Origin: the human T2T-CHM13v2.0 reference genome, Homo sapiens | Assembly (NCBI RefSeq): GCF_009914755.1 | Contig: NC_060932.1 | Length of the DNA stretch: 64,000 bases | Strand: one strand, 5' to 3' | Shown here: positions 61,971-64,000 of the stretch, in pieces | Layout of the letters: the number at the start of each line of letters is the position of its first letter | Position numbering within the stretch: position 1 is the stretch's first letter | Notes under the pieces: model-generated | What the model was told of the DNA's origin: nothing | The model's database searches: none | What the model saw: the letters and a program-made list of their open reading frames with translations, nothing else | Translations under genes and position numbers: made by a program

Positions 61971-62734
61971 TTTAACTTAATACAGACTAGACTTGAGCCT
62001 GAATGACTTGGGTGGGTGTGTCCATGCCTGGAAAGGAAGAGGAGAGGGAATCAAAGAAGAGCGATATCAGTAAGGAGATAGAACTTACTTCACTAATTTC
62101 CCAATTTGCAAATCCCTCTAAAATAACACCACCTGATATCATAACATTATAGAACCACAATTTTACATATGAACAACTGAGAACCCAGAAAAGGTAAATA
62201 ACTTGTTCAACAATTTGTTGAAAACCAACTGGGCCAAGGGCCAATGGTTCCTATTTCTTAGTAAACTTCCTTTTGCACCACCTGCATTGCATTAGTACAC
62301 ACTGATATCCAGGTGGTGTCTAATTAGAAAAATTTAAGTTGCCAAGGATCCTATTTAAAAAAAAAAAGTTGAGAATTGGCTAGGATTTTCTTCAATTCAC
62401 CAGGAACAGAAATATCTCTGTTAATCAAAGCTAACTCTTATGGAGGTCTTAGTATGCACTATGTACTAAGCAGTGTTTTGCTTAAGCTGCCATATTTAAT
62501 TTTGAAAAGCACCCCATTTTACAAATGAAGGAACCAGATTTAAAAAAAAAAAAAAAAGAAGTCACGCAGCTTTAATACATGATGAAGTAGCAAGTTGAAG
62601 CCAGAAGCATCAGACTCTATGAGATTTGGTTATGAAGTATTTTGCTGTGCTGACAGATACAGATAAACATACTCTGTCCTCTGTCTCCTTTCTTTTGTCC
62701 TCCCACTGCCACTGTTGTTTTCATAGGTTATGAG

Positions 62735-63414
<680 letters not shown>

Positions 63415-63682
63415 TTATAATTGTGCTAAGCAAAAATATGAAATCATTCCATGTATAAATAAAATCACATATATCCTCCAAAATTGTCGACAAAAATGAT
63501 ATGTTCTTCATCTCAGGCCAGGATGACAAATGCTTTTTGAACTTAAATGCAAACTCCAGTCAATTGTTAGTGGCTCCTAGGGTACTGTGTTGAAAATGAT
63601 TCTAAAGCCTGAATGTTTTTAAAAATTATCACATCAAGGCCACACATTGCCCCACTGTCTGGTCCCACTGACCCACAAGCCA

Positions 63683-63963
<281 letters not shown>

Positions 63964-64000
63964 TGAACCAGTGAATATTCAAAAGAGAGCTAGAAATTTG

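Overview
Human non-coding genomic DNA. The species call rests on two human-specific Alus, an AluYb8 at ~25.3 kb and an AluYa5 at ~63.1 kb. The window is AT-rich and dominated by transposable-element fossils: several L1 generations (L1PA, L1MA/MB/MC/ME, HAL1), about 25 Alus from FAM to Ya5/Yb8, MaLR/ERVL LTRs (THE1, MST, MLT1, MLT2, MER76), L2/MIR fragments and a complete Ricksha (MULE/MuDR) DNA transposon with intact TSD and captured HERV-L cargo. I recognise no intact protein-coding exon, RNA gene or CRISPR array; the ORF track consists of L1/Alu/LTR fragments and chance ORFs. I cannot support a genuinely new biological system here. The items most worth a second look are (i) a CACCC-CCAAT-AP1-TATA promoter-like module at the far right end, (ii) the Ricksha nest, (iii) an AluYa5 that re-used the exact target site of an older Alu, (iv) a 78-bp near-perfect palindrome, (v) a 121-bp locally templated duplication and (vi) a candidate L1PA8 3' transduction. 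Subfamily names come from remembered consensus diagnostics, not from a RepeatMasker run. Boundaries of old elements are approximate.
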